The notes beneath the pieces were generated by a model. That model was not told where the DNA came from, ran no database searches, and was given only the letters and a program-made list of their open reading frames with translations. Of a stretch of 64,000 bases of DNA, positions 1-10,600 are shown one piece after another (position 1 is the stretch's first letter; each line of letters begins with the position of its first letter). Made by a program: the position numbers and the translations under genes. The stretch is taken from positions 142,090 to 206,089 of the IMG/VR virus record IMGVR_UViG_3300043411_001777; one strand, 5' to 3'.

Positions 1-3000
1 TTGGAGCTGGCTATTCAGCACACCATTGGCAACAGAAGGGGCGTCCCGGTATTTGAAGCTAGCATAGATCCGTGGGAAAATCAGCGCCCCACGATCAACA
101 AAGGGCTCCAGATACCGCAACTTTGTGTAGTGCAGCAAAAGCTGCTCCCCACGAGTTACACCCGCCGCTAGTTGAATACCTTCAGGCGTGAAAGTGTAGT
201 CAACTTGAGACCTTAACTCCCGGCCTTCTGGGAAGGAAATAAGCCGGACATCCGTCCCAAATGTCTGGGCACCGACTGCAATGGCTGTATCCTGCTCATA
301 ATAGAGCGGTAAGTAGGAGCATTTGACAGGCTCCGTTCCAGCCAAATCAAGGCGGACCGGCGAGGACAAGGTCACAAAAGTCTTAGACCCGTCCTCTGCC
401 AGAGCTGTTCTCCGCACAATGTACGGCTGCCCAGCAACTTCTAGGAGGTGGCCGGGTTTGGCGAAGGCCGACACATCCCCAACGAAAGCAAGTGTCACAG
501 CTCCGCGGGAAACAGCATTAAATGCAAAGGCTTGGGGGAAAGACTGCAACACACCAAAGTTTGCGGACGTTGCTGTGCCATCAACACTGGCCGTAAAGGC
601 TATGTCAGATAGCCACATCCCTACATCATTTACAGGCGCACGACTACCAAGTTCACTTGCAGTTGCAGGGTAGAGGGTCACCGCCGTAATGTCCTCGGCC
701 GCAAACAGCTCCACGGATTTAATGTAGTGGCAAACCTCTCCAATCTTTAGGATTTGACCCGGCGTAAACTCAGACGCGCGATCACCACGCACACCAAAGC
801 GATTCTTTCCGGAAGGAATGTAGAAAGGAGGACGGTATATCGGATAGGCACCGCTTCGAAAAGTGACCTCCCCACCAAAAGCAACGGGAACAGAACTGAT
901 CGCCTTGACCTCAGCTTGCTCCGGGACCTCCCGGTAAAACTTGATATTGGACCCCTCCACATAGAAATCCCGAGCGCCGCCATAATTCAAACGACGACCC
1001 CCGAGAGTAACAATTGGGTCCGCCCCTCCCAAGTACCCGTAAACTGTAGCTGAAACTCGCGTGGCTACTTCTGTGTGGGTGAAACTGACAATTTCCGTTA
1101 TGGCATCTCCGACCTTCCGGCCTTCCATATCCGCCTGGAAGTACGTCAACTCTAGGACCTGTTCCGCTTGGAGAGGCTCTCTCAAAGAACAAGCTCCCGT
1201 TTGGGCGGACACCATCACATCGGCGCCCAAGAGCAACTGCTCTGCGAAATAGAGCTGCCCTTCTCCGGCCTGCACATTCAGCTCGCCAGAGAAGGGGTCA
1301 AATTCAGCAGCACCGTCCAAATCTGCCAATTCCAGGAAGGTCTCCTCCAAGTAGACTTGGGAAGTACCGTAAGCATCCAACACACTTTGTGGGAAGCGCA
1401 GAGTGCCTTTAGTAAGGCCCTCTCCCAGAACCTCGACAACCACAGGTGTCGTGCTCCATGCACTTACGATAGAGGGCTCGAAATAGGTGTCCCCAACGCG
1501 GATTTGGAATTTACCCGTGGAGAGCCGAATGTCCGAAACGGACACCACCAAAGTGTCTTGAGACAAGACCCCAAGCTTTACCGTTCGCAGAGGGCTAAGA
1601 AGAATGTCAAGCCCTTCTATGCCGTACCGGAGAGAAACACCACGACCACGCTCGATTGCTTGTGCAACCGGGGCCGTCTCAGAAACCTGAGTAAGCTGCT
1701 TAACAATGAAAGTCTCGGAAGGAAGATGGCTAAAGGGCCGCAGCACACCCCGGACTAACAACGAAGGGTCGTATACATTTGGCGAGAACCCCTCATAGAG
1801 GGCCCAGCTCAATTCCGTGCTATCCTCCAACGTAGGGGTTAAGGTGATACCCCCATCAACCGACGTAACCATGAACCAAGAGCCGTCGATCTTAAACAGA
1901 CTGCCCTCAACCACCACACTCAGATCGGCATTCGAATCAGTAAAGATTCCCGAAGACACCTGACCCGTCTGCCCCGAGGAAACGAAAGCCCCGAAAGTCT
2001 CGGTCAAGAGCATCTGCCCAGTCTGACCCCCTTGGGGGAGGTTGAAGTCTTCCTCATAGGTAAGAGGCGTAAGTGCTCCGCCCTCTTCTGCCAGCGAGAT
2101 ATGTCCGAGCCCGTCTATGTTCCGGACAGTTGGAGTGACCACGGAGGACACCCCCAAATCAAAGGAAAAGGTCTTCTTCTCAACAAGAATCTCAGTTTCC
2201 TTAGAAGAGAGCCAAGCTAGCTTGCTTTCCCCAAACAGGTATTCCACTTCCTCGAAATTGGAAACTGGGGTGTCCAGTAAAACTGGCTCACCCTCCGCGT
2301 CCAACGTACTGTTTCGCAGGTAGAAGAATACGTCCGTATCCAACCCAGGCCGGTCCTCTAACGGGATTGCCGGTAGAAACTGAAACGGAGCACTAGAAAC
2401 CTTGTCCTGAATGACGCCATTGTATTTAGCGTGGGCCTTGAAATCCGAAACCTCAGCATCCAATTCTGTATTGCTGTGTGACCGATAAAACCCAAAGCTC
2501 ACACCCGAATCAGGATTCCAGGCCCCAACTTCTGCGTACCAGCCCTGAGCGAAACCGAGGGCCCGATTTCCAGTGTGGTTGGGACTCACCCGAATCAACA
2601 GCGGGTTCACATTAGAGTGCAGCACCACGCGCCCATTTTCCGCGGTAGCCGTGCCCCGAAGCGCGACGCTATAGCCGGTGCTTTGCGTAGCAATTTGCGC
2701 TTGGATACTTGCTGCAACTTCCTCAGCCGTATAAGTCCCGTCACTGCTAAACGCAGAAACCCAAGTAAACTCATACCCGCCTAGGGAAAAAGACAACTCC
2801 TCATCCCCCTCAAACCTAAAGACGTGCTGGACTCTAGAGTAGAGAGTGCTGTCACTCGCCCAGGTTGACGGAGTAAAAGTGCTTTGGAGAAAGTGTATGT
2901 CCTGACCATTGATGTTCTTCAGGTCTGCATTTGAAAATCGGACTAGACTCCCACTAGCCCCAAGCTCTTTTGCCACATAAGCCTCCCCCTTCTTGATCTT

Positions 3001-4689
3001 GTGGCGGGGTGGGATATCAGCCTCAAAGTCCACAACATTGATCGTATGGATTGTGAAGTCCCTAGAAAAAATCAGAGTGTCCCCAACACCATCCTCAATT
3101 GCCCTCACAGCACCAGAGGCGGCGGCAACTGCTGTATCTCCCCCAGGTCGCACGCCCACCAGTTCGTCCACAGGAGTCAGCCCCGTGCCATCAAACGCTG
3201 TCAACGTCCCAGAAACGCCCAACCCAGGAACAGGGCTCCCGGCCGGGATATAGTAATCCCCGGAATTCAAAACCAGTGCCTGTGCGGCCTTTAATGGCTG
3301 AGGAACCGCATTGAGCGCAACTCCATCATAGAAGACTCTGGCATCCAAATACGACCGGACAAACCCACTTGAGGTTGGCAAAGCCTTATTCAGATCGGTC
3401 TGGCTGAACCGAATCCGACCCGTCTCAAGGGAGACCCCGACTTCCCCTACAGCCAAAGAAAGTAGAGGAAGCTCCGCATCGGTATCCGTCAACGTAGGGG
3501 TTAAGTACCGCCGGTTTCCAATCCGAAGAAAGGGGTTGTCATTTTTCTCAGGAATTGGAGAAAGGAAAAGTGGGTCCGTTGAAGCCGATTCAAGAGATCC
3601 TAAGTCCCCGGTATTCTCTGCCGAGACTGCCTGGTAAACCCAAACCGTCTCCCCAATGTGATCGGACACAAACTCCGGATTAAAGCGCAACACCCCATCC
3701 TGACTAAGGGTCGCGTCTACAGTATCCGAACTCCAATCATACCGAGGCGCCTGCCCCTCGGTAACAACTCGGACATCTGCCCGTGTGCTTTGAGCCAACT
3801 CAAAACCAACCCGGAGGTGGAGCGGAGAAAGAACCCCCACAGGGAAAATTCTCGGCTTAGGGCTCAAAGGAATTGAATCGAGACCGATAACACCCAAAGA
3901 AGTTGGGGGAGCGCCTTTCCATGGCTCCCACCTTTGGGACTTCGCGCGCCAACCAAACCTCGTCTCGTATTTGTCGTTACGAGTCCACCAAAAGGTGGGC
4001 TCTTGCCGCTCAAAGCGGACTGCCACAATGGAATCGCCCCGAAGGGCGGATAAACCACCGTCCAAAAGGGACAACTGAGCACTGGAAAGAGTGACCAATC
4101 CAGCATAAGTATCTTGCGTGGCGACCTGAAAAACCAGATACGGAACAGTCCCCGCACGACCTGCCGAAGGGTCCTCTTCGTCTAACCAGCCCCCATCATC
4201 ATAGATGACATCACCGCGAGCCACTACGAGATATTCGATGTATTCCAGGGAGCGATTGTCATCATCGGACACCACCACTTGTGCCGTTCCGTCAGCATAG
4301 GTGCGGCCCTCTCCATCCACAACGGAGAGAGAACCCAATCCTAAGCTCCCAGACCCCGCCTCTGACCAAGAAGGGAAGTACGTCAGGCTAGCCTCATTAG
4401 CGGCCCAAACCAGATACTCGCTTTCAGAAGCCGAAGGGGCTTCCAAAACCATATCCCGATAGGCATGCCCATGCACGTCCTGCCAGGTAACTCCCGTAAC
4501 GGCCGGGGACCCGTCTCCTTCCTGAACGAAATCGACAACATCTGCCAAATTACGCAACACCCCGGAAGAGGCCTCGGCTGTCGTCGAAGCATTTGAGGTT
4601 GCCTGCCGTGCACCACAAATCACATGCCCAGAAAAGGGGTGCTTCTTGTCCGCAAATTCGGCGTCAGTAGGGTCGGGGTTGAAGCTCAT
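1..4689 (-). CDS. Very large virion structural protein (baseplate wedge/tail-associated), 3'-partial, >1563 aa
   Basis: ATG at 4689 (MSFNPDPTDAEFADKKHPFSGHVI), 3 nt after the stop of 4693..5274. The frame is open to base 1 (...YRDAPSVANGVLNSQLQ) and is absent from the ORF track because its stop lies outside the window. Beta-rich, acidic, in the baseplate operon. Confidence 0.8.
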   Translation of the reverse strand, partial: MSFNPDPTDAEFADKKHPFSGHVICGARQATSNASTTAEASSGVLRNLADVVDFVQEGDGSPAVTGVTWQDVHGHAYRDMVLEAPSASESEYLVWAANEASLTYFPSWSEAGSGSLGLGSLSVVDGEGRTYADGTAQVVVSDDDNRSLEYIEYLVVARGDVIYDDGGWLDEEDPSAGRAGTVPYLVFQVATQDTYAGLVTLSSAQLSLLDGGLSALRGDSIVAVRFERQEPTFWWTRNDKYETRFGWRAKSQRWEPWKGAPPTSLGVIGLDSIPLSPKPRIFPVGVLSPLHLRVGFELAQSTRADVRVVTEGQAPRYDWSSDTVDATLSQDGVLRFNPEFVSDHIGETVWVYQAVSAENTGDLGSLESASTDPLFLSPIPEKNDNPFLRIGNRRYLTPTLTDTDAELPLLSLAVGEVGVSLETGRIRFSQTDLNKALPTSSGFVRSYLDARVFYDGVALNAVPQPLKAAQALVLNSGDYYIPAGSPVPGLGVSGTLTAFDGTGLTPVDELVGVRPGGDTAVAAASGAVRAIEDGVGDTLIFSRDFTIHTINVVDFEADIPPRHKIKKGEAYVAKELGASGSLVRFSNADLKNINGQDIHFLQSTFTPSTWASDSTLYSRVQHVFRFEGDEELSFSLGGYEFTWVSAFSSDGTYTAEEVAASIQAQIATQSTGYSVALRGTATAENGRVVLHSNVNPLLIRVSPNHTGNRALGFAQGWYAEVGAWNPDSGVSFGFYRSHSNTELDAEVSDFKAHAKYNGVIQDKVSSAPFQFLPAIPLEDRPGLDTDVFFYLRNSTLDAEGEPVLLDTPVSNFEEVEYLFGESKLAWLSSKETEILVEKKTFSFDLGVSSVVTPTVRNIDGLGHISLAEEGGALTPLTYEEDFNLPQGGQTGQMLLTETFGAFVSSGQTGQVSSGIFTDSNADLSVVVEGSLFKIDGSWFMVTSVDGGITLTPTLEDSTELSWALYEGFSPNVYDPSLLVRGVLRPFSHLPSETFIVKQLTQVSETAPVAQAIERGRGVSLRYGIEGLDILLSPLRTVKLGVLSQDTLVVSVSDIRLSTGKFQIRVGDTYFEPSIVSAWSTTPVVVEVLGEGLTKGTLRFPQSVLDAYGTSQVYLEETFLELADLDGAAEFDPFSGELNVQAGEGQLYFAEQLLLGADVMVSAQTGACSLREPLQAEQVLELTYFQADMEGRKVGDAITEIVSFTHTEVATRVSATVYGYLGGADPIVTLGGRRLNYGGARDFYVEGSNIKFYREVPEQAEVKAISSVPVAFGGEVTFRSGAYPIYRPPFYIPSGKNRFGVRGDRASEFTPGQILKIGEVCHYIKSVELFAAEDITAVTLYPATASELGSRAPVNDVGMWLSDIAFTASVDGTATSANFGVLQSFPQAFAFNAVSRGAVTLAFVGDVSAFAKPGHLLEVAGQPYIVRRTALAEDGSKTFVTLSSPVRLDLAGTEPVKCSYLPLYYEQDTAIAVGAQTFGTDVRLISFPEGRELRSQVDYTFTPEGIQLAAGVTRGEQLLLHYTKLRYLEPFVDRGALIFPRIYASFKYRDAPSVANGVLNSQLQ

Positions 4690-4692
4690 CAG

Positions 4693-5274
4693 TTAACTCA
4701 CAGTGGAGGTGGTATTTCCGCTCGTCGCGAAAGTCGGTGTGGTGGTTACCCCAGCCACAACCCCAATGCCGGCTGACACGTTTAGAAGTGACGAAACGGT
4801 ATGGGCAAGCCCTATGGATAAGGATGGGACCAGTAATCCCGATCCTAGGGATCCAAGTAAGCTAGAATTGAGAATGGGTATCAACAAACTTGGATCCGCT
4901 GCGACTAGCGCAGTGTCTACCCCTGTCGCAACTAAAGGAGAAACACCGCTGTAGTCAGCCTGAATTGTAAAGACTTCCGAAATGATAGATGCTATCACAC
5001 GGGACAAGCTAGGCGAAGTAACCCCATTGAACCCTGCCGCCTGCATTTGCGCCTGGGCCAGTGTGAAATTAGCAGGAACCGCCAACTTACCTTGGACGCT
5101 GCCCACCCCAGCAAGACCGGAAGCGATCCCAGTTATACGGATAGTGGGGGTCCAAGCTAAAACGGCCTGGACAAAACCAATAGACAAGCGCTCGAAATTG
5201 ATTCCGAGCATTGGGATTTCGGCTACCTCACGTTTACTCAGGCACGTCGTAAGGAACGTTGGAAAAGATAGCAC
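4693..5274 (-). CDS. Small Gly/Ala/Ser-rich baseplate/spike-associated protein
   Basis: 193-aa ORF abutting the spike gene; function inferred from position only. Confidence 0.55.
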   Translation of the reverse strand: MLSFPTFLTTCLSKREVAEIPMLGINFERLSIGFVQAVLAWTPTIRITGIASGLAGVGSVQGKLAVPANFTLAQAQMQAAGFNGVTSPSLSRVIASIISEVFTIQADYSGVSPLVATGVDTALVAADPSLLIPILNSSLLGSLGSGLLVPSLSIGLAHTVSSLLNVSAGIGVVAGVTTTPTFATSGNTTSTVS

Positions 5275-7668
5275 TCATACCCCAACAATATGGTTAGCAG
5301 CCCCCATGCCAAAAAAGGCAAAGGGCAGGCCCGTTAATGGGTCTAAGGACCCTGAACAGATAATACCACCCATATCAGGCCCTACGATAGGGGCACCCAA
5401 ATACACCGACCGTCCCCTTACGGTTGCAGTCCCCGTTTCCGAAGCCACAGTAACCCCCGTAAAGCCCCTAAATTCAGCCGACCCGGCCGATGCCACTAGG
5501 GTCATGTTCCCCACCGCTACCTGCGCGTTAAGGCCGTCTGGCTTCAATTCCGTGCTGTTCTGACCCGATTTGTGGGTTATCTTGCCAGTGGTCGCCTCAA
5601 AACGTGCATTACCTACATCAATCCTCGTTGTATGGTCCCCGAGCTGGAACAGCTCTTCCCGGGACCCCTGTACAAAAGTCGTCTTCTGGGCCACCATATT
5701 CGGTAAGGATGGGGCGTAGGTCACTTCATGTAAGGGCCCCGAGGTAGGCAGCCCCCACCTCGGACCAGAAAACAGTTCCGTCTTCCGCCCCGTTACATTC
5801 TCCACCATCTCCTGGGCGGACACATTCATCCGATTGCCAGAAAGCAGCTCGATAGTTTCCCCCATGACAACAGAGAGCGCGTTCCCCTGCATCTCTGTAT
5901 TCTGGGCTTGCGTCTTCAACTTACGTTGCGCTGACAACCGCATCCCGGAGGCTGCTTCAATCTCAACCGAAATGCCATCCTTTGCGATTGCTGATTCCGA
6001 TCCTTTTTTAGAGCCTCCGCCGAAAATACGCACGGACCCATGATCAGAACCCAAATCGAGGCCAACATTTGAAGCCGCATCCCCGCGAGACGACCTGAAT
6101 GCAATACCTTGGTCAAGAGAAAGCTCTAGCTTCCCGCCCACCGAAAGCCGCAACCCACCAGCCAAAGCGACCTCAGCCGAGGTTTCCCGGATAGCCCCAC
6201 CCACAAAAGCTTTGAGCTGGCCTTTTTTGTTCCAAGCGACAAAGGACGAAGCCGACCCGTCCAAGGGGGAAAGACGGAACAGACTAGCCATGTACTCCGA
6301 CACGGGTGTTGCTATCTGACTCCGGGTTCCAGAACCGATAACCGCAGCTTCTAGTCGTGGGTTTACCGTTGGACCATCAAACAGCTTCGCAACAAGTGGC
6401 ACCCCGTACTGGCGACGACCTTCAAGAGAAAAGGGGTCATTTCCGACCACGGTCCCAAGCACTGATTCTACGTGCGGGCGGTTCTGACTTTGCCCACCTC
6501 GGGTGTCTAAGTCAGACGTCGGTAGCCGGTCAGCGTCAAAAAGGTCAGTCTGCTCGGTAACGGGTAGGCGACCTTTAGACGTATTAGCAACCTCGATCCG
6601 ATATTCGGTGAACGTCTCAGCATCGGGGTCTAAGGCCCCATTCTGACCATTCTTGGCCACCCGAAAGAGAGGTTTGCCCCCATATGTGGGGAGACTTGGG
6701 TTCGTTGCAAACCCAGCCTCGTCAATGAAGCCTCCATTCTTAAGAAACACATAGGGATCTAGGTGCCCATCCGTCGAATGCAACGGGGCCCCCAAAAAAC
6801 CCTCCGCAGAAATCTTTTCACCACGAGCAAGAATTCTCGCGGGGGTGAGGAAACCCTCAGACTCAATTGAGTCCGGCAAATCTCGCTCGTGAAGGGGTGC
6901 CCCGTTGACCATTTGCAGAGGGCCATCCCACTGCTTGCCATCGGACACCATTGAGGCAGGAAGGGCCGTAGCGTCTCGCTGCACCATGCCGTGGTAAGAA
7001 CGCACACCAGCCATGGCGTGAAACTGTTGTAGAGACCGCGTGACCAGTGCGTTATCTTGATCACGCAGCCTTAGTTCTCCGCCCCGCCGATTTGCTAGAG
7101 TAACACTCTCGTCGAGAATGAGATCAGCACCCTGTGACGAGCACCCGATGATGTTGCCAGGCTGGCCGTGCCTTAGCTTATGTCGAACTCGATTATAGAC
7201 GCCGTCGACAATCCCGCGCTCTTTGACATTGCCTAGGTCTGCCTCTTCGATTGGGAATCCCACAACGGTTTCCCAATCTCGTGCGGTCCAGACCCCGGGC
7301 ACAATCCAATTGAGGATGATCGGGATCTTCGTCCCATTTGGGACGTCCGACTCTTGTGGCATGAACCCAACAACACAATAGTCCCCGACCTCGGGCAGGG
7401 ATCCAAAATAATGCCGGGCTCCGGCTCCGGGAGCGGGGAGCGGAACGGCAACGCGATCAAATTCATGTGGGGTGGCCCCGACAATCCGTAGGGAGACGAA
7501 GTGCTCTTCGTAATCCACCAACGTAACTCGGGCAATGCCAAAGTTGTTGTTTTTGGTTGACATCCGAGCAATGTCAACAGCGGCTTTACGAGAGGACACC
7601 CGGAATTTGGCCCTAATCCCAGCGGAATGAGCACTTACAGGAGCTTGTTCAAATCGCCTCATCTTCAA
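5275..7668 (-). CDS. Baseplate central spike (gpV/gp5/VgrG C-terminal-like)
   Basis: N-terminal OB-fold signature (ARVTLVDY...PGAGARHYFGSLPEVGDYCVVGF...PIIL); C-terminal beta-helix-like repeats ending CSGSLDPLTGLP...H; directly downstream of the hub gene. Confidence 0.75.
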   Translation of the reverse strand: MKMRRFEQAPVSAHSAGIRAKFRVSSRKAAVDIARMSTKNNNFGIARVTLVDYEEHFVSLRIVGATPHEFDRVAVPLPAPGAGARHYFGSLPEVGDYCVVGFMPQESDVPNGTKIPIILNWIVPGVWTARDWETVVGFPIEEADLGNVKERGIVDGVYNRVRHKLRHGQPGNIIGCSSQGADLILDESVTLANRRGGELRLRDQDNALVTRSLQQFHAMAGVRSYHGMVQRDATALPASMVSDGKQWDGPLQMVNGAPLHERDLPDSIESEGFLTPARILARGEKISAEGFLGAPLHSTDGHLDPYVFLKNGGFIDEAGFATNPSLPTYGGKPLFRVAKNGQNGALDPDAETFTEYRIEVANTSKGRLPVTEQTDLFDADRLPTSDLDTRGGQSQNRPHVESVLGTVVGNDPFSLEGRRQYGVPLVAKLFDGPTVNPRLEAAVIGSGTRSQIATPVSEYMASLFRLSPLDGSASSFVAWNKKGQLKAFVGGAIRETSAEVALAGGLRLSVGGKLELSLDQGIAFRSSRGDAASNVGLDLGSDHGSVRIFGGGSKKGSESAIAKDGISVEIEAASGMRLSAQRKLKTQAQNTEMQGNALSVVMGETIELLSGNRMNVSAQEMVENVTGRKTELFSGPRWGLPTSGPLHEVTYAPSLPNMVAQKTTFVQGSREELFQLGDHTTRIDVGNARFEATTGKITHKSGQNSTELKPDGLNAQVAVGNMTLVASAGSAEFRGFTGVTVASETGTATVRGRSVYLGAPIVGPDMGGIICSGSLDPLTGLPFAFFGMGAANHIVGV

Positions 7669-10600
7669 TCCTTATCGAATGGGTCTAGCGTCGACTTCAA
7701 CACTGACTCACGCCGCTCCAAACTCTTACCACTGAAACTGTCTTCTGCTTGACGCCAAGCAACTGATTTCAATTCGGCTTGCTGGCGCATTACCTGTGCA
7801 TACTTATCGGTCGAATCCAGTTCCAAGAATTCCTCAGAGCCAAAAAGATCCAGCGTTATTGCCGCCTCGCTAGCTTTGCAGCTACAAACCTGGCCGTCAT
7901 GGGTCACTCGTATATCTGTAAGTGTCTTAGCCGCATTAACGATGGGGATCTTATCCAATGATCCCAACCCATTGGAGAACATATTGGCAAGCCCGATTTG
8001 GAAATGGTCGCCATCGGACCCTGGCTTCGCCCCAAACAGGTCCAGGATTTGAGTGTCCGATAGGTTCCGCTTTCGGAGCGCGTCAATTACCTTTTGCTCT
8101 AGAGCTGCACCAGCTTCCACGCCCACCAGCTTACGGTTTTCAAAGACCGGGACGCCATTATGCATCTTCTGGCGGCCTTTCTCGTCAAGGGCTGGCTGAG
8201 GGACTGAAACGGACACCCCGCGGGTCAGGAAATCCGTGACTTCTTCGACCAATTGACGATCAAGAAGGGACAGGGGGTCTTGCGCGTGAAGGTTAGCCCA
8301 CACCCCATCCGGGCTGATAGACACGTCGCGCCCATAACGAAAAGAGCCAATCACCTCAAAACCATTTGCGTCTGACACAGGGAAAATGGCGCTGTGTGTA
8401 CCGGCTTCGAAATTAGCTTGTGTCACCGTCTTTTTTGTGTAAGCCGCAGCAATCTTAATCCCCCAAGCCATTTCCAACTGTTGGGTGAAAAGGGACCACG
8501 CTTCCTCCACTTGCTCAGGGGTCCAATTAGCCTTAGTAATGGCCTCCAGCCAAGATCGCAGATTAGCGTTGAAGCTTTCAACAAGAGCTTTGGCAATAGG
8601 CTTAGCCAGCCGACTGGCAAACTCTGCCGTTGTCCAAGTTGATGCCTTAGGCGTTTGCAGTTGGATTCGGGGAGTCATTGGAACAGGAGCAAGCGAAGGT
8701 AAAGACTGCTCTATCGGAGGAACCGTTTGAATCGCTGTTGAGCCACGTTTGGGCACGTCAGCTAAGTCAAAGCTATCAAAAAGCTTTTGAAGATCGATTT
8801 CATCTTTACCCAGCCGGACCTTAAGAGGAACTGCCGGAGGACGGATGAGGATAGCCTGAGTTACCTGGGCCTCTGCCACATCAACCACTATGGGTTCGAT
8901 CGCCTTTTCATAGTAGTAGGAAAGACTGCGAAGCTCGTTCACTCCAACAAAAAAATCCGGTGCTGACCTCTGCACATAATCCGACAACACCGTCTCGAAA
9001 TAGTCTTGAGTCTCCACCCCAGCCTCACGACTTAACGAGTAGACCTTTTGTGAAGACGTTACGTTTTTCTTCCCCTTGATTAGTTGGGAGGAGAACCGAA
9101 TCTCCCGAATTTCAGACGTCGGGACAGACACACCACGGGGTCGGGACGGGTCTGCCGTTAGCACCCTAATACCCCGCGTTGGGCGCACTTTACCCAGCTC
9201 CGCTTCTGCCCTGTAAGCTCCAGGGTAGGGGAGACTCACTTCCTTCCGGAAGCCCTTCACCTCAATTCCAGCAAAGGCAGGGTCCAAGTCCAGAGGTGTT
9301 TCTATTATCTGTGTACCCCCCGAAGTGCTGTCATAGGTGATTTCGGCCTGGCCTTGAGACTCCGGATCAGGGTGCGAAGCAGAATAATAGCGGTATTCGC
9401 CTGGCTGAGAGGCATTTGACAAATGGGATTTCTTCTCAGACAACATCTCCAAAATGGAGATAGTCGAATCCAAATTGGCGAAATCAGAATTTTGGGCCTT
9501 GTAGCGTGAGCCCACCTGACGAATCAACTCCGCAATGAGGGCCACACCAGCACGTTCCGCCTCATTGAGCGTGGCCTCAAATGCCTTTAGGTCTCCGTCC
9601 TTTAAGGCCTGTAGGGTCGTGGCCCGATCCTGCAACTTCGTCCGCTCTTCTTCCAAGGCAAGCAGCGAGGTTCCTGCTTTCTTTGCAGCTTCGCGCTTCT
9701 CGTTTACGACGCCGAGGGCATTTGTAGCCTTTTCCAGCTCCTGGTCACTAGGCTTTGCTACACGATAGAGGTTCTCTCGTGCATTGATAGTACCTTCTGG
9801 GATTTGCTCTGACTTGCCGAAGTAGAACCGCACAGCCTTTGGGCTAGCCGTTCCGTCCCCACGAAGGGTTCCAGGCATATCCATAACATAAACGTCTTGA
9901 TCCGATCCATCCTTACGGAGGATGCCCAAATGCACTGCCATATCCAACATCCGGTCAAGCCCGGCTGCGTCCGTTATCGATAGATCCAAACCACTCACGT
10001 AATGCAGCGGGTTGATCTTTTTGGGGTCCAACGCCATCACCACATTAGGGAAGCCAACCTTACGCGGGCGGCCGTCATTGTCCAACACCTCAAGCAACCG
10101 CTCGGGAAGATCAGGACGGTCTAGCCGAATCGCCGAAATTCCACCCACCCCTTTGCCAATGAACCCTGGTGCGGCAAACTTTGACCGCTTCGCGATTAGA
10201 CTAAGCGTGGTTGTGGCTTGGGCTCCTGGTGCAAAGCTATGGCTGAAACTGTTGATGTAGTAAAAGCAGTCCCGATTAACAATGTACACGGGGTATCCGG
10301 GTCTTAGCTCCGGGCGTAGCGGGATCGTAAGGGTTGCACGTTTCGTGGGTGCATTCATTACGTCCAGACGATTAGCCCCAGAGTAGTAAAGAGCTTTAGC
10401 ATCATTCAGAAATGAGGTGCTGAAATCCGCAGGACGCCAACCATATTGGGCAACCAACCGGTAATCGATATACGTGCCAATGTTGCCATACTCACCTTCG
10501 CCAGCGCCAATCTGAATGTTAGCAAAAAGACCGTTCGTCCCTTTGATGTAGGTCGCCTGAGGCTCATCCTCCGAGGGGTTGAAGTTGATGATGTCAATTG

